The position numbers and the translations under genes were made by a program. Shown here in pieces: positions 28,200 to 39,660 of a stretch of DNA of 64,000 bases (the stretch's first letter is position 1; each line of letters opens with the position of its first letter). The DNA comes from Octopus vulgaris (lineage: Eukaryota), in the NCBI GenBank assembly GCA_951406725.2, contig OX597825.1, forward strand, positions 63,612,001 through 63,676,000. The letters are read 5' to 3'. Below the pieces are notes generated by a model. The model worked only from the letters and a program-made list of their open reading frames with translations. It was not told where the DNA came from and ran no database searches.

Positions 28200-28345
28200 G
28201 CGTGGAAGGTGTTTATAAGCCATTTAAGAAACACACAAAAACCGTTAGATTCACTTCAACATTTAAATTTAATTTGTGAAAATATTTTCGTCGCTTTGAG
28301 ACTGCGACCTGTTCACAGACAAAATTCCCTGCTGCATCTCACTTG
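28200..28345 (-). mobile_element. Short repeat-like segment carrying a hammerhead-like motif (possible PLE pLTR or retrozyme fragment)
   Basis: See the hammerhead-like motif at 28273-28323; repeat status and boundaries are inferred. Confidence 0.45.
28273..28323 (-). ncRNA. Hammerhead-like motif with G3:C8 core (GUGAACA)
   Basis: Minus strand: tttgtct-GTGAACA-g-GTCGC-agtctcaaa-GCGAC-GAAA-ATAT-TT-tcacaaa. Confidence 0.55.
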
Positions 28346-28409
28346 CTATGCAAGTACATCTCCGTAATTTCTTTATTACGTTTTCTCATTATAATTGCCT
28401 GAGAAGGGG

Positions 28410-28590
28410 CAGTGAGATGGAAGAGGCACTAGCGCTCAGGACGAAATGCTTAACCTTCTGAGTTAAAATTCCGCCGTGGTTGATTTTACCTTACATCCTT
28501 TCGGGGTCGAAAAAAATAAGTAGCACTTAAAATGTAGGGTTGATGAAATCGACTCATCCCCTCCCCCCAAATTGCTGCTCTTGTGGCAAA
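28410..28590 (+). mobile_element. SINE family B, decayed
   Basis: gaaatgctta...ttctgagttaaaattccgccg...catcctttcggggtcga. Confidence 0.75.
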
Positions 28591-29481
28591 CCATTATAAC
28601 GGCCTGAAAACATTATTATGGACCTTAGACTTTGATGCAGTTTTCCTTCTTCAACAGCTTTACGTGGTAAAAAAAAATTGCCAAAATCTATAAAGCTTAT
28701 TTTTGGATCATCGTTAATTTCTGATTATGAACCACAAAGTAGTAAAGGTGAAACACTTTTAACTAAGAGGGTTTAAGTCATTCTGCATGGGCTACAGAAC
28801 TGATGACTAAAATGCGGCGTTTCTCGCGTCTTGTTTGGAAAACAAGAGCATGAATATGTAACACTGAATTACAATAGAAACAAAACTTTGATTCAGCAAT
28901 TTCCTTATAAAGGGGATGGTTTACTCTACCACTAGCAATACATTAATAGACCTATTGCCTGTTTATTTGAAAGGCAGGAATTATAAAGATGGGAATTCCA
29001 AGAGAAAAATATCAATGCCAAGTTTAAAAGCTGTTTTATGGCGTAATGCAAATATAAACATCTATCTGCATAACTTATTCAGTGCTTTTAAAAGAATAAA
29101 AGAATCTTGTGTTAACTTAGAGATCCATTTAAACGAAATTTGATACAGCAATCACCAATGGGATGGTTGTGAAAAAAATATTAAGCAAGGTTTCGCCAAA
29201 TACTGCTGCTTTCAATATAGTTAGATAGTCAGGCTATTACAGGCATTATAGCAGTAGAGAATGGTCAAGTAGATTGTAATATATTCTTGGAAAAAGCAGC
29301 ATTCAGTCAATTCTTTTTGTGAAATGCAGAAAGCAATTCGCTTCCTAACATTAAATCTGGTTTAAAAATGTATTTCCTAAGGCGAATGGCTAATAGAATT
29401 GTAGATTACAATTCCTCACAGAAATGTGTTAAAAATTAAGCGATGAAAAAATTGTTTCTTTTCTTATATGACCCACAAATA

Positions 29482-29637
29482 GGTACGGGTGTGACTGTGT
29501 TCTAAGAAACTCACTTCCCAACCACATGGTACTGGGTTCAGGTCCTATTGTGTGGAAACTTTGGATGGTGTCTTCCACCATAGTTTCTGGCAGACTAAAG
29601 CCTTGAGAGTGAATTTGGTAGACGGAAAAGGAAAGAA
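29482..29637 (+). mobile_element. SINE family A, 5' half, decayed
   Basis: caaccacatggtactgggttcag...gaatttggtagacggaaa. Confidence 0.8.
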
Positions 29638-29699
29638 TCACGTTATACATCGAGAATTGATCAATAAATATCCGGACTGTTGCCATATTAACGAAGCTA

Positions 29700-29936
29700 A
29701 TACATGCTGAGTAAAGCTGCTTGACAAAGATTGACTTTTAGCTCTGTTGTGCATTCGCATTGAGCTTTTACGCTCTAGCTCACTTCTGCGATTTACAGCA
29801 ATGCTTGGAAAAAAGGTGTGTAGCGTGTGATCCTCGTATTGACCATGGCAGAGAAAGTTGTCATGGCAATACCTGCTCAGAGGCCTACACGGAGTTGCAG
29901 AAAGTGTATGGAGAGGGGTTTATGAGTCGCACACAA
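29700..29936 (+). mobile_element. mariner-type transposase 5' fragment
   Basis: GNTCSEAYTELQKVYGEGFMSRTQ resembles the mariner N-terminal HTH (ETYxxLxxVYGxxxMSRxQV). Confidence 0.65.
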
Positions 29937-31199
29937 TTGATTGATAATTTACACAGGAAATTCTCCCATTTTTGCACGATTAATTTGCATTTAGATTTTG
30001 CTATTTCTCTGTGTATTTGTGTTGCTATTATAGCTTTGTTAAGCTATAAGCAAACAATCTAGTAGAGACGAGAATACATTTATCAAAGGTTTATTACTTT
30101 CCGTACATCAGGGCTTAAATCGCCAGTTATTTCTGTTTAGTACATTCAGATTCGTTTCACACTGACTGCTGACATTATATTTTGCTTCTCCTTCCGGAAG
30201 TTTCTTTTCCTGATGCTGGTCAACTTCGTAGCTAGCCCGCAGTGAATTTTGTGCTTACAGTTCGTCCGTCACGAATTTTGTTGTACACTAAGGTATTTGT
30301 TCATGTATCGTAATCATTGTGTGCAATATTTATGTACTGATGGCAGTTGTTAATTCTCTGCTGTATGTATCTATGAGCATACTTATAATAAATTAAATTA
30401 TAATATCGCTTTGCTAGATTTACTGGTGTGTTTTCTTTAATTTGTTTGGATTGTACTGTGGATTGTTATACATCCTTTTCCTTTTGCTACTGGTATTTCC
30501 CTCCAAGCAAGTCTCTTCGATGTTTGGGTTTTCCATATTTTCTTTTATCAGTTCATTTTTCAGGTAAGTGTCCCACGTTGCTGGACATGTCCGGTTAAAC
30601 TGAATGGATGGAGCTATGTCTTGTAGTGCTAATTTAAGGTTGGAGGGATTCTATGACTGATTTCGGCGATATTGTTCCTGTTCCTGTTATAGTTGCTGTT
30701 GTTACTACGGTAGTTCTATTTCCACTATGGTAGTTCTATTTAGTGAATTTAGTAATGTATATTTTGATGAGGCTGTGAATGCTTTCACTTTTACTTTTAT
30801 GTCTACACGCTATTTTTTTATCACTGCACGCTAGTTTTCGCGGTGAGGTGTTTTCAAGATTTGTGCTGAAGACAAATGTGGTGGGAGGCCCTTTTTTTGT
30901 TAGTTCCCTGCTGTGGGAAGAAAGGTCAACGAAGTTCCGGCGCCAAACATGTGACATCATGCCGTTTATCCGTATACAAGCCCACTTCAGAAAAAAAATT
31001 AATATGAATATTTTAGATCAAGAGCTCTATTCCTGTCACCAATCAACTCATTTTATATGTTTTCTGCAGGTTTAATGATTAGGTCTCTCCTATTGATTGT
31101 TTCAAATAGGGTTGCCTCTGCCTCTCACGGAATGTCTTTGGCTCCATGAAAGTTTATTTTATATAGCTAATATGGTGGAGACATCTAATGATAGCTCCT

Positions 31200-31575
31200 T
31201 TACTTTTTGACTACGGCCATGCTGGAGCACCGCTTTTAGTCGAAAAAATCGAACTCAAGACTTATTTGTTGTAAGTCTAGTACTTATTCTATCGGTCTCT
31301 TATGCCGAACCGCTAAGTTACTGGGACGTAAACACACCAGCATCGGGTGTCAAGCGATGTTGGGGGACACACAAACATATACATACACATACACATATAA
31401 ATATATAAACATATACACGACGGGCTTCTTTCAGTTTCCAACCACGAAATCCACTCACAAGGTCGGCCCGAAGCTATAGTAGGAGCCACTCGCCCAAGGT
31501 GCCACGCAGTGGGACTGAACCCGGAACCATGTGGTTGGTAAGCAAGCTACTTACCACACAGCCACTCCTGCGCCT
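31200..31575 (-). mobile_element. SINE family A
   Basis: Reverse complement match to family A. Confidence 0.9.
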
Positions 31576-31607
31576 ATAACAACTATCAACAATATTATTA
31601 TATTAGT

Positions 31608-31780
31608 AAGGCGGCGAGCTGGCAGAGTCGTTACCGTACCGGGAAAAATACGGCTTTTCGACCTTTTCTACGCTCTGAGTACGAATTACACCGGGGTCAA
31701 CTTTGCCTTTCGTCCTTTCGGGGTCGATGAAATGAGTACCAACTGATCAATTGAGTCGATACAATCGACTTACATCCTCC
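31608..31780 (+). mobile_element. SINE family B, decayed
   Basis: aaggcggcgagctggcagagtcgtta...ctttgcctttcgtcctttcggggtcgatgaaatgagtacc. Confidence 0.8.
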
Positions 31781-32008
31781 CTCGATATTGAACACTTGAA
31801 CAGTGGAACCGATATAAACCGACTTACATCCACACACAGATATTGCTGGTATTCTGCCAGAATTTGAAACTGTTATCGTTGTCGATGTGGTTATGATATT
31901 GTTGTCGTTGTCATTGTATTTGTAGACGGTAACAAGGTCTCTTCTTGTTACAATCATGTAAATAATCTTCGGCTGGTAGGCACAGGCTATGCTTTCATTT
32001 TACAAAGT

Positions 32009-32072
<64 letters not shown>

Positions 32073-32074
<2 letters not shown>

Positions 32075-32285
32075 CGGGAAGCTTTATGAAAATAAACAAA
32101 AGACGAAGGCAGGTGGAAAACAAACGAACAATTGTATTAGTATGGCGCTCAGGAAATATAAATAAAACAAGTCTTTAACGTTTCGAGCCTACGCTCTTCA
32201 ACAGAAAGATACACAGAGAGAGAAAAACACAGAAAGAAGGAGAGAAAAAAAATGCGTGCAGTAGCTAACGAATCAACATGGCGAT
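32073..32285 (-). mobile_element. Short element inserted in (TA)n carrying a minimal hammerhead (PLE pLTR or retrozyme-like)
   Basis: Unique ~210 bp bounded by (TA)n tracts; contains the hammerhead motif at 32172-32209. Confidence 0.55.
32172..32209 (-). ncRNA. Minimal type-I hammerhead ribozyme-like motif
   Basis: Minus strand: TCTTT-CTGTTGA-A-GAGC-gtag-GCTC-GAAA-CG-TT-AAAGA; perfect stems I and II, palindromic AACGTT stem III, A6U core variant. Confidence 0.7.
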
Positions 32286-32304
32286 CTGGCGAATCAACAT
32301 GGCG

Positions 32305-32356
<52 letters not shown>

Positions 32357-34129
32357 GAATGGAGTTGAACGACGATTTAACAAAATTCCTTTATTCTCGA
32401 CATATGTTTCGAAGACTGCATATTCTTTCATTTATTTGTATAAAAAAAAACACACAAATCTCCACACGAAAGCACGTGATGTCTGCCCTTGGCATGTAGC
32501 TTCAACCGTGTTTTTCTGACGTGAATTTGCTACCCGGGAATCGTTTAACCGAATTATCCATACTAGGATAATTCATTCAACTACTTATATATATATATAT
32601 ATATATATACATATACACACACATACATGCATGCCTACGTACATACATAAAACATGCGTACATACATGCAACATACATACATGCAAACATACATACATGC
32701 ATACATACATATGTACGTACGTACATATGTAAGTACGTACATATGCCAAAATACGCCGCTAAAATCTATTGTTAATCGTCGCATAGAGTAGGCCAAATAA
32801 AAGAATCCTTACAGATTGTATATAGCTTATGCGTGTCTGTTTCTCACTGAATGTCTCCCTATACATATGTGTATACAAACATACTTACAAACACACACAC
32901 ATACACAGATATATGTATATACATATATATATGTATATACATATATATATATATATATACATATATATAAAACATGCATACATATGTGTATATATATATA
33001 TATGCATAAATAAATATATACACACATATATATCTATGCATACATATATGTATGCGCAAACGCTCATATATGTGTGTACATATTTGTAAATATATATGTG
33101 TACATACTTGTAATTATACATATATATATGTGTGCGTGTATGCGCGCGTGTTTGTCTGTATATGTAATCATGTACATGAATATGTGTGTGTATGTGTGCG
33201 TGTGTAATATTCTTTAAATGTAACACATGAAGATAAACATGTATAATAACAGGAGGCGGTGTGTTTTTCTAATTCCCAGCTGTGGCGTTTAGCAGAAACA
33301 TTCCCTAGATAATATAGATAATCTACCAATTCCACAGACCATCAAGCTTATTGACAGATTTTTTTTTCAGGAGACTTCTTAAGAAATTTTCACAGAAGCA
33401 TTCATTAAGTTATAGTGCAAATAGAGAAGTACAAAGAGAAAAAAACAATATGTAAATGTTTGGCTGAAATGAGATTGAATGCGAGCATTCTGGATGGAAT
33501 GTACATAGTGAGTATTGAATATGGGATTCGATATACATATTTTTAAAGGAATGAAAATATAGAACAAGAATCATATTTAGAGAAAAAAATGTAAGTAATA
33601 ATATAACAACACTGAAACAATGAAAGGTGCTATGTTGCAAAGAGAAGAATGTTATTATAGGGGACAATAGAAAGTTAAGAAGTAAACAATGAGGATTTGT
33701 TTATAATTTATTTTCCGTTTTTGTGAATGAAATGATAAAGAATTATAAGATAATGGGAGTGATTAAAAAAGAAATAATTGTATCTATTGATAGAAACAAT
33801 GGATGCGAAAATGAAAACGTAGTAATTCATGAAGCAGCAATAATATAAATGCCATTAAGTTGGAGATAAATGGTTTTTTTTTTTTTTTTTGGTTTCTTAC
33901 ATATATTTAATTTTGATTCTGCCAGTTCAGAAAAATTAACCCTAGATGGCTCAATGCCCTGCCTTGTATAAAAGCTCTGTTTCAACGTTAAAAGTGATAA
34001 CTCTTTCTTCAGCCGCGTGATATGAATTTCTGCTGCCTCTTCGTATCCGTTAAGCGGCAGCTGTTGAAGCTAAATCTTTGTCTCGTTGGTCTCACCGGTT
34101 AGGAAATATATGAACAATTCTAAGTAAAA

Positions 34130-34440
34130 TTGAATTTTTAGGATCTTTTCGGTTTAAACGTATAATTTCTCGGTAACTGAAAAAATTTAAACTTCGTATA
34201 CTAGTAGAATGTGTTTATAAAACATCTTTTTCTCTTGGCTTTATTGAGAAAATTCTATAGTTTGTAAGATATTTGTTGTTTTTTTCTTCAATTTCTGCAA
34301 TTTCAACCAACCAATTTGAGGTAAAAAACATTCTGTGCCGTATGAATATGTTCCTAGGTTTATTTACATTTGTGAAAAAAAAAAGATCTCCTTCCTCCAC
34401 ACCCCTAACCATAACCCTAAACGTATTCTGACTTTCGGAC
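34130..34440. mobile_element. Probable non-autonomous DNA element with cctaacc/accctaa end motif
   Basis: Ends in acccctaaccataaccctaa; class unresolved; recognised only as repeat-like. Confidence 0.35.
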
Positions 34441-34814
34441 ACCACCTGCCTATCAAGAACCAACATGTTTAGTGATTACTCTATGGCTACGACTATCTAA
34501 ATGTCTTTCAGTTGAAAATATATCTCGTTTATTTCGCCACTTCGAAATACGTTCGCAAATAGCTACATAAACGATACAAACTGTAAACAAGACAATTAGA
34601 TGATATTTCAAAATACTGAATAATAATTCTTCTAATAATTCTTCAAGTGTAATTTATTTCATATTTACTGTAAAAAATATTTCAACACAGCTATCTTGGA
34701 CAGCTTTCTGAGAATTGTCATAATAGTGTTCAAGATACTTTCCTAAGCGAAGATCTTCCTCGGTCTCTTATAGTCATTTATAACACACGTATAAATGAAT
34801 CTTTTAAGATAGAG

Positions 34815-35005
34815 AGTTAGCACACTGGGCAAAACACTTAGCCAAATTTCGTTCGCCTTTACGTTCTGAATTCAAACCTTGCAGAGGTCGACTTTGCCTT
34901 CCATACGTTTGGGTTAATAAAATGAGTACCAGTTGAAAACTGGAGTTGATAAAATCGATTACTGCTTCCGTCGAAATTGCTGGCCTTGTGAAAAATCTTT
35001 AAACC
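34815..35005 (+). mobile_element. SINE family B, decayed
   Basis: gttagcacactgggcaaaacactta...gaggtcgactttgccttccat...aatgagtaccagtt. Confidence 0.8.
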
Positions 35006-36349
35006 AGTTATAGAGAAATCAGATAAATAGAATGCCATTATTACATTCTAATAACGTTTGAACAGACGTATTGTCTAAGCCTATATGCAGCATCTCAATT
35101 ACAAAGTCTTTCGCTTTCTAAATTCTACAACAGCGTTTACAGTTAATTCATTCTTCACGTTAAAGATTTAAAACTCCCATCAACTGATAATACAAAATTC
35201 AGCTTCTAGATTTACGAAATTCATGTTATCAAGATCAATCTCATTCACTTCGATTCTGAATCGAAAATGGATTTGAGAATCTTCCCTTCTGAAAGATACG
35301 GTATAGAGAAAGTGAAAGCACTTAAGCTTACTTCTTATTTGAAATTAGGTCTCACATTCAACTTACGTAGTCCACAGTTGATCAAATTTATCTTCATTTG
35401 TTGTCGTCCTTTATACTTAAAATACATAATTCCTTACATCACTCACATGAAGACTTCATTTAATCTATTTGTCTTTATGTCTTTAATGTTCCTAAGTAGC
35501 CCTGATCACTTCCTTTAGATCTCAAATTTGCTCAGGAAGTATAGCAACCGATCAAGTATAAGCGGCTTATAATCTTTACCGAGATATCGTAGTCTTCACA
35601 CTCTTTCAAAATTATAAAGTACAGTATGCTCTATGATACAGCGGTTTCCATGTTGGATGTATCGCGGCACTCATTTCGCGCCATACTACTGTTATCTTTC
35701 TCTTGTAGGCTTTAGTTATGAAAACCAATTAGACAAACATCTAAGACACGGCTGCAAAACAAATGAATTTTTGAGCTCCTTTTGAATCCCTGTCTATCCT
35801 TTACACTTCTGCCAATAATATCAAACTCGTGCTGCCATAGTTTTACCTGTTTATATATAGGAACTAATTATAGTATCTGTTCAATATGGCCTAGTAACAT
35901 CTCAATAGTCTTTTGGACGCAGCTTTAGAAGAAGAGTTTTGATATATTACGGAGGTGCAATTGACAAGCAAGTGATTCGGTCTGAAGTTATATGTTGAAA
36001 CTTAAATGTTTACAACTCGGAAGGTACATGTTTCCCAGAAAGATCAGAGACTCTTAAATTTTCTTAAACATTTATTGTTTGTAATATGTGGTCAAAATTT
36101 GCATCTTTCATTATTGTCCACCCACTTGCATAATGTTTCATTTTCAATAGATTGTTTCAAGTTTCCACATTCATATAGGTTTGCATGCACATGACGAAAA
36201 TAGTACTTACTTTTTAGAAACATGAGGTGAAAAGAAGTGAGAAGAATTTAAAGTTACGTTATTATAATCAATGAAGTAAGTCCAGCGTCCTCACAAGCTG
36301 AAAGTGAAACTGTTTATTTCCATGGCAATTCCAGTGTATTATTGCTAAT

Positions 36350-38480
36350 CCTTAGGCACGGACCGGTTACCAGAAGCTGAGAGCGGCACTACCGGTAAGC
36401 CAAGATTGCAGAGGCCAGACTAGCAAATTTGTAGTGAATGTATAGATGGGGTCAATTGTTAAGAACAAATGGTGGTTTGCCTGGAAAAGAGCGATCAGAG
36501 TAGAATTTATTAGGTCCAGTAAAGCATTAACGATACTAGAAATAGAATAGAGGAAAACTTGGAGCTTAGAAGAGGCTCCTAGGAAAGACATCCCATCTGA
36601 CGTGCTGGTGGCGTGATTAGCACTGAACCAGTTCTTCAAGCAGGAATGATGCATGATTAAATCTAAGTTGCATGCCTTAAGAAACGAGGGAAAAAAACCC
36701 CGCTCGATGGATCCAATTGGCAGAAGCGCAACGCAGAAACATAACCACAATTTACTTTCTGGTGGTTTAAAGTTGGCGCATGGTACTCGAGCACAGGTAA
36801 TTGTGTACGGCTTTTCAGCAGCACTTCTCTCAACTGTGTGAGACGAATGATAGCGTGGAAAGCAGGGTGGATTACCGTGCCTACTACGCTGGTATGCTAC
36901 GAGGCTCGGTAGGGAAATTTAGCATTCTGGAAGGCTGATAACACTCGCAGTAATATGGCATGCGATGGTGGGACGCATGTGAGTACAATCTCCTGGCTTG
37001 GTTGGTCCGCCCTACAAGCTTTAATTTTATATGCAGCACTTTTTTGGAGGTTTCTTTGCAAATGTCTATCGCAACTAGCAGCAGAACAGGAGAATTTCTA
37101 GTTCTGTGGGTCGAGATGCAGTGGAACTGCTAAGAAGGGACTCCAAAACAGGGACAAAATTTAGGCCCATAAAACTGTTGAATGCAGTTTTCAAAATTTT
37201 GGCGGAGGTCTTAGTGATAAGGTTCACGCTTGTTGTCGGGTGCTGATTGCTGATGCGCCATCCTGAGCAGATCTGGCCAACGACAACCTCCATCTTATGC
37301 GATACACCATAGAGAGGGTGGTTAAAAATGCTAGCACGGGTGAGGTCTTGATTAATTCGGGTCAACCAAAAGCCTTCAGTACGGTTAACTGCCAATACAT
37401 GGCGGCCGTTCTCATACAGACCGTTTTCGGTTCTACTTTCCGTGGCTGAATTGCTGCAACTCACAGTGACAGCTACTCTGTAGGTCGGGTGTAAGGCTAC
37501 CTATCGGAACTAAGGAGCAGCGCACAGTTGGTCCACCGAGTGTGCTTCCTCCTGTTTTTTTCTGTAGGGAGTAGAACCAATATGTTCTAGAACCACTATT
37601 GTGAAAGCAGGACTTGGGAGAACCGAATCGGCATATCCGAACGATATCACCATCACAGTTGCTAAACCAGAGAAGACCTGAGACGAAGTTACGAGCTGAG
37701 TAACCAATCTCAATCAGAGGCATGCCTCTGAAATGTTGGGCAGAATGCATACCTTGTTTCTACTATGTATTACCTTTTTCTTTACTACCCACAAGGGGCT
37801 AAACACAGAGGAGACACACAAGGACAGACAAACAGATTAAGTCGATTATATCGACCCCAGTGCGTAACTGGTACTTAATTTATCCACCCCGAAAGGATGA
37901 AAGGCAAAGTCGACCTCGTCGGAATTTGAACTCAGAACGCAACGGCAGACGAAATACCGCTAAGCATTTCACCCGGCGTACTAACGATTCTGCCAGCTCG
38001 CCGCCTGTTCTACTATGTATTACCGCCTGACCGTCGTGGTTTGCCTCAGTTTACACCTGACGAAACTGGAGCATAAACACTTCCGCGTTCTGCAGAAGGG
38101 AAGCGTCCCACTAGTCAGGCGCTCCTTCTTTTGTCAGCACCCGCTTTTTTGAAGAGTAGGCATGTCGTTGCTGCTGATACGCATGTATGCAATGAGGCTA
38201 CGGCATATCCAGCGCTTCCTTGATAATGAACAGGTCTCCTTGACTTAGATGCAATCTTAGGTCAAGCATAGACAGAGGCAGGGCTCCTAGGGTGTCTTCA
38301 TGGACTCATAGTCCTTCTCAGTCGGGCAGTGTGTCAGTCAAAGTTCTACCTTTGCGTTCTATAGAAAGTTAGTGACGAGAAAGTGCGACGACATTCTCGG
38401 GGAGAATCAACGAGTTGACTATTCCGGAGGATTTCTGAGCCGAAGACATGAATAATTTCCGGAATAAAACGTATCTTGAA
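36350..38480 (+). mobile_element. L1/Tx1-type LINE ORF2 remnant, heavily decayed
   Basis: Plus-strand fragments: SPGLxGPPY; NFRPIKLLNAVFKILAEVL (cf. RPIxLLNxDxKILAK); DNLHLMRY...LINSGQPKAFSTVN (cf. LDQxKAFDRV); AYPNDIT (cf. AYADD). Confidence 0.8.
37775..38007 (-). mobile_element. SINE family B inserted in the LINE, with 17-bp TSD
   Basis: ttctactatgtattacc at 37758-37774 and 38008-38024. Confidence 0.92.
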
Positions 38481-38753
38481 GTGATGTGATGAAGTGATGA
38501 TAATGAGTAATGGGCTTTTGGGGATGGAAGATATTATTTCAATATTACCATTGCGAAATTGCTTATCTGTAAAATTAAATAAAACAAATTAGACCTGAAC
38601 CTAAGTTTAGAATAGAGAGGCTAAATATAATTAGAGGTCTCCTAACTCATTATAGTGGTGTATAATTTTACTGGCCTGAAATAGATAAGTTTCTTCGTAG
38701 ATATTGCACTTTTAGATCGAAAGTAATCTAAATTTCAATATTTTATTGAACAT

Positions 38754-38985
38754 AAGGCGACGAGCTGACAGAAACGTTAGCACGCCGGGCGAAATGCTTA
38801 GCGGTATTTCGTCTGCGTTACGTTGTGAGTTCAAATTCCGCCGAGGTCGACTTTGCCTTTCATCCTTTCGGTGTCGATTAAATAAGTACCAGTTACGCAC
38901 TGTGGTCGATATAATCGACTTAATCTGTTTGTCTGTCCTTGTTTGTCCCCTCTGTGTTTAGCCCCTTTGGGTAGTATGGAAATAG
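38754..38985 (+). mobile_element. SINE family B, full monomer
   Basis: tRNA-like head aggcgacgagctgacagaaacgttagc, B-box gagttcaaattcc; central gtcgactttgcctttcatcctttc...gataaa..agtacc block resembles the Meta/MESC-type SINE domain (inference). Confidence 0.9.
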
Positions 38986-38999
38986 ATATCATTACCACG

Positions 39000-39282
39000 C
39001 CAGGAAATAATGCTTAGCCGCATTTCCTCTATCATTAAGTTCTGAGTTCAAATTCTGCCGAGGTCGGCTTTACTTTTCATCCTTCGGTGGCGATGAAATA
39101 AGTAGCAACTACACACCGGAGTCGATGTAATCAACTATGCCCCTCCTTCTCCTCCTACTCTTCTTCTTCTGATGATGATGATAGGGGAGTTACCTTAGTT
39201 CACTGGTAGTGAACAGCTGGCTCCGTAGAACACTTCCAGCGTTAGAAGCAGTGCAAAGACAACACCAACAGCAATAACAATA

Positions 39283-39319
<37 letters not shown>

Positions 39320-39660
39320 CAACGATGACGATGATGACGATGACGACGATGATGACGATGACGATGATGACGATGACGATGATGACGATGACGACGATGA
39401 TGATGATGATGATGATGACGATGATGATGATGATGACGATGATGACGATGATGACGATGATGATAATGACGATGATGATATGTTCTCTGCCTATAAAAGA
39501 AAGGATTATTTCGTCCAGCTTTACGTTCTAAGTTCAAATTCTGTTGAGGTCGACTTTACCATTTATCCTTTCGGGGTCGATGAAATAAGTACCAGTAGAG
39601 AGCTGAGGGTAGATGTAATTGACATAGCCACTTCCCAGAAATTGCTGGCCTTGTGCCAAA
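39000..39660 (+). mobile_element. Two further decayed SINE B fragments (about 39000-39145 and 39505-39660)
   Basis: ttctgagttcaaattctgccgaggtcgg...; gttcaaattctgttgaggtcgactttacc...cggggtcgatgaaataagtacc. Confidence 0.75.
39283..39480. repeat. (GAT/GAC)n trinucleotide microsatellite
   Basis: Directly visible. Confidence 0.95.

Noticed and set aside
39190-39537. His/Arg-rich 115-aa ORF resembling a metal-binding peptide
   Set aside because: It is the (GAT/GAC)n microsatellite between SINE fragments
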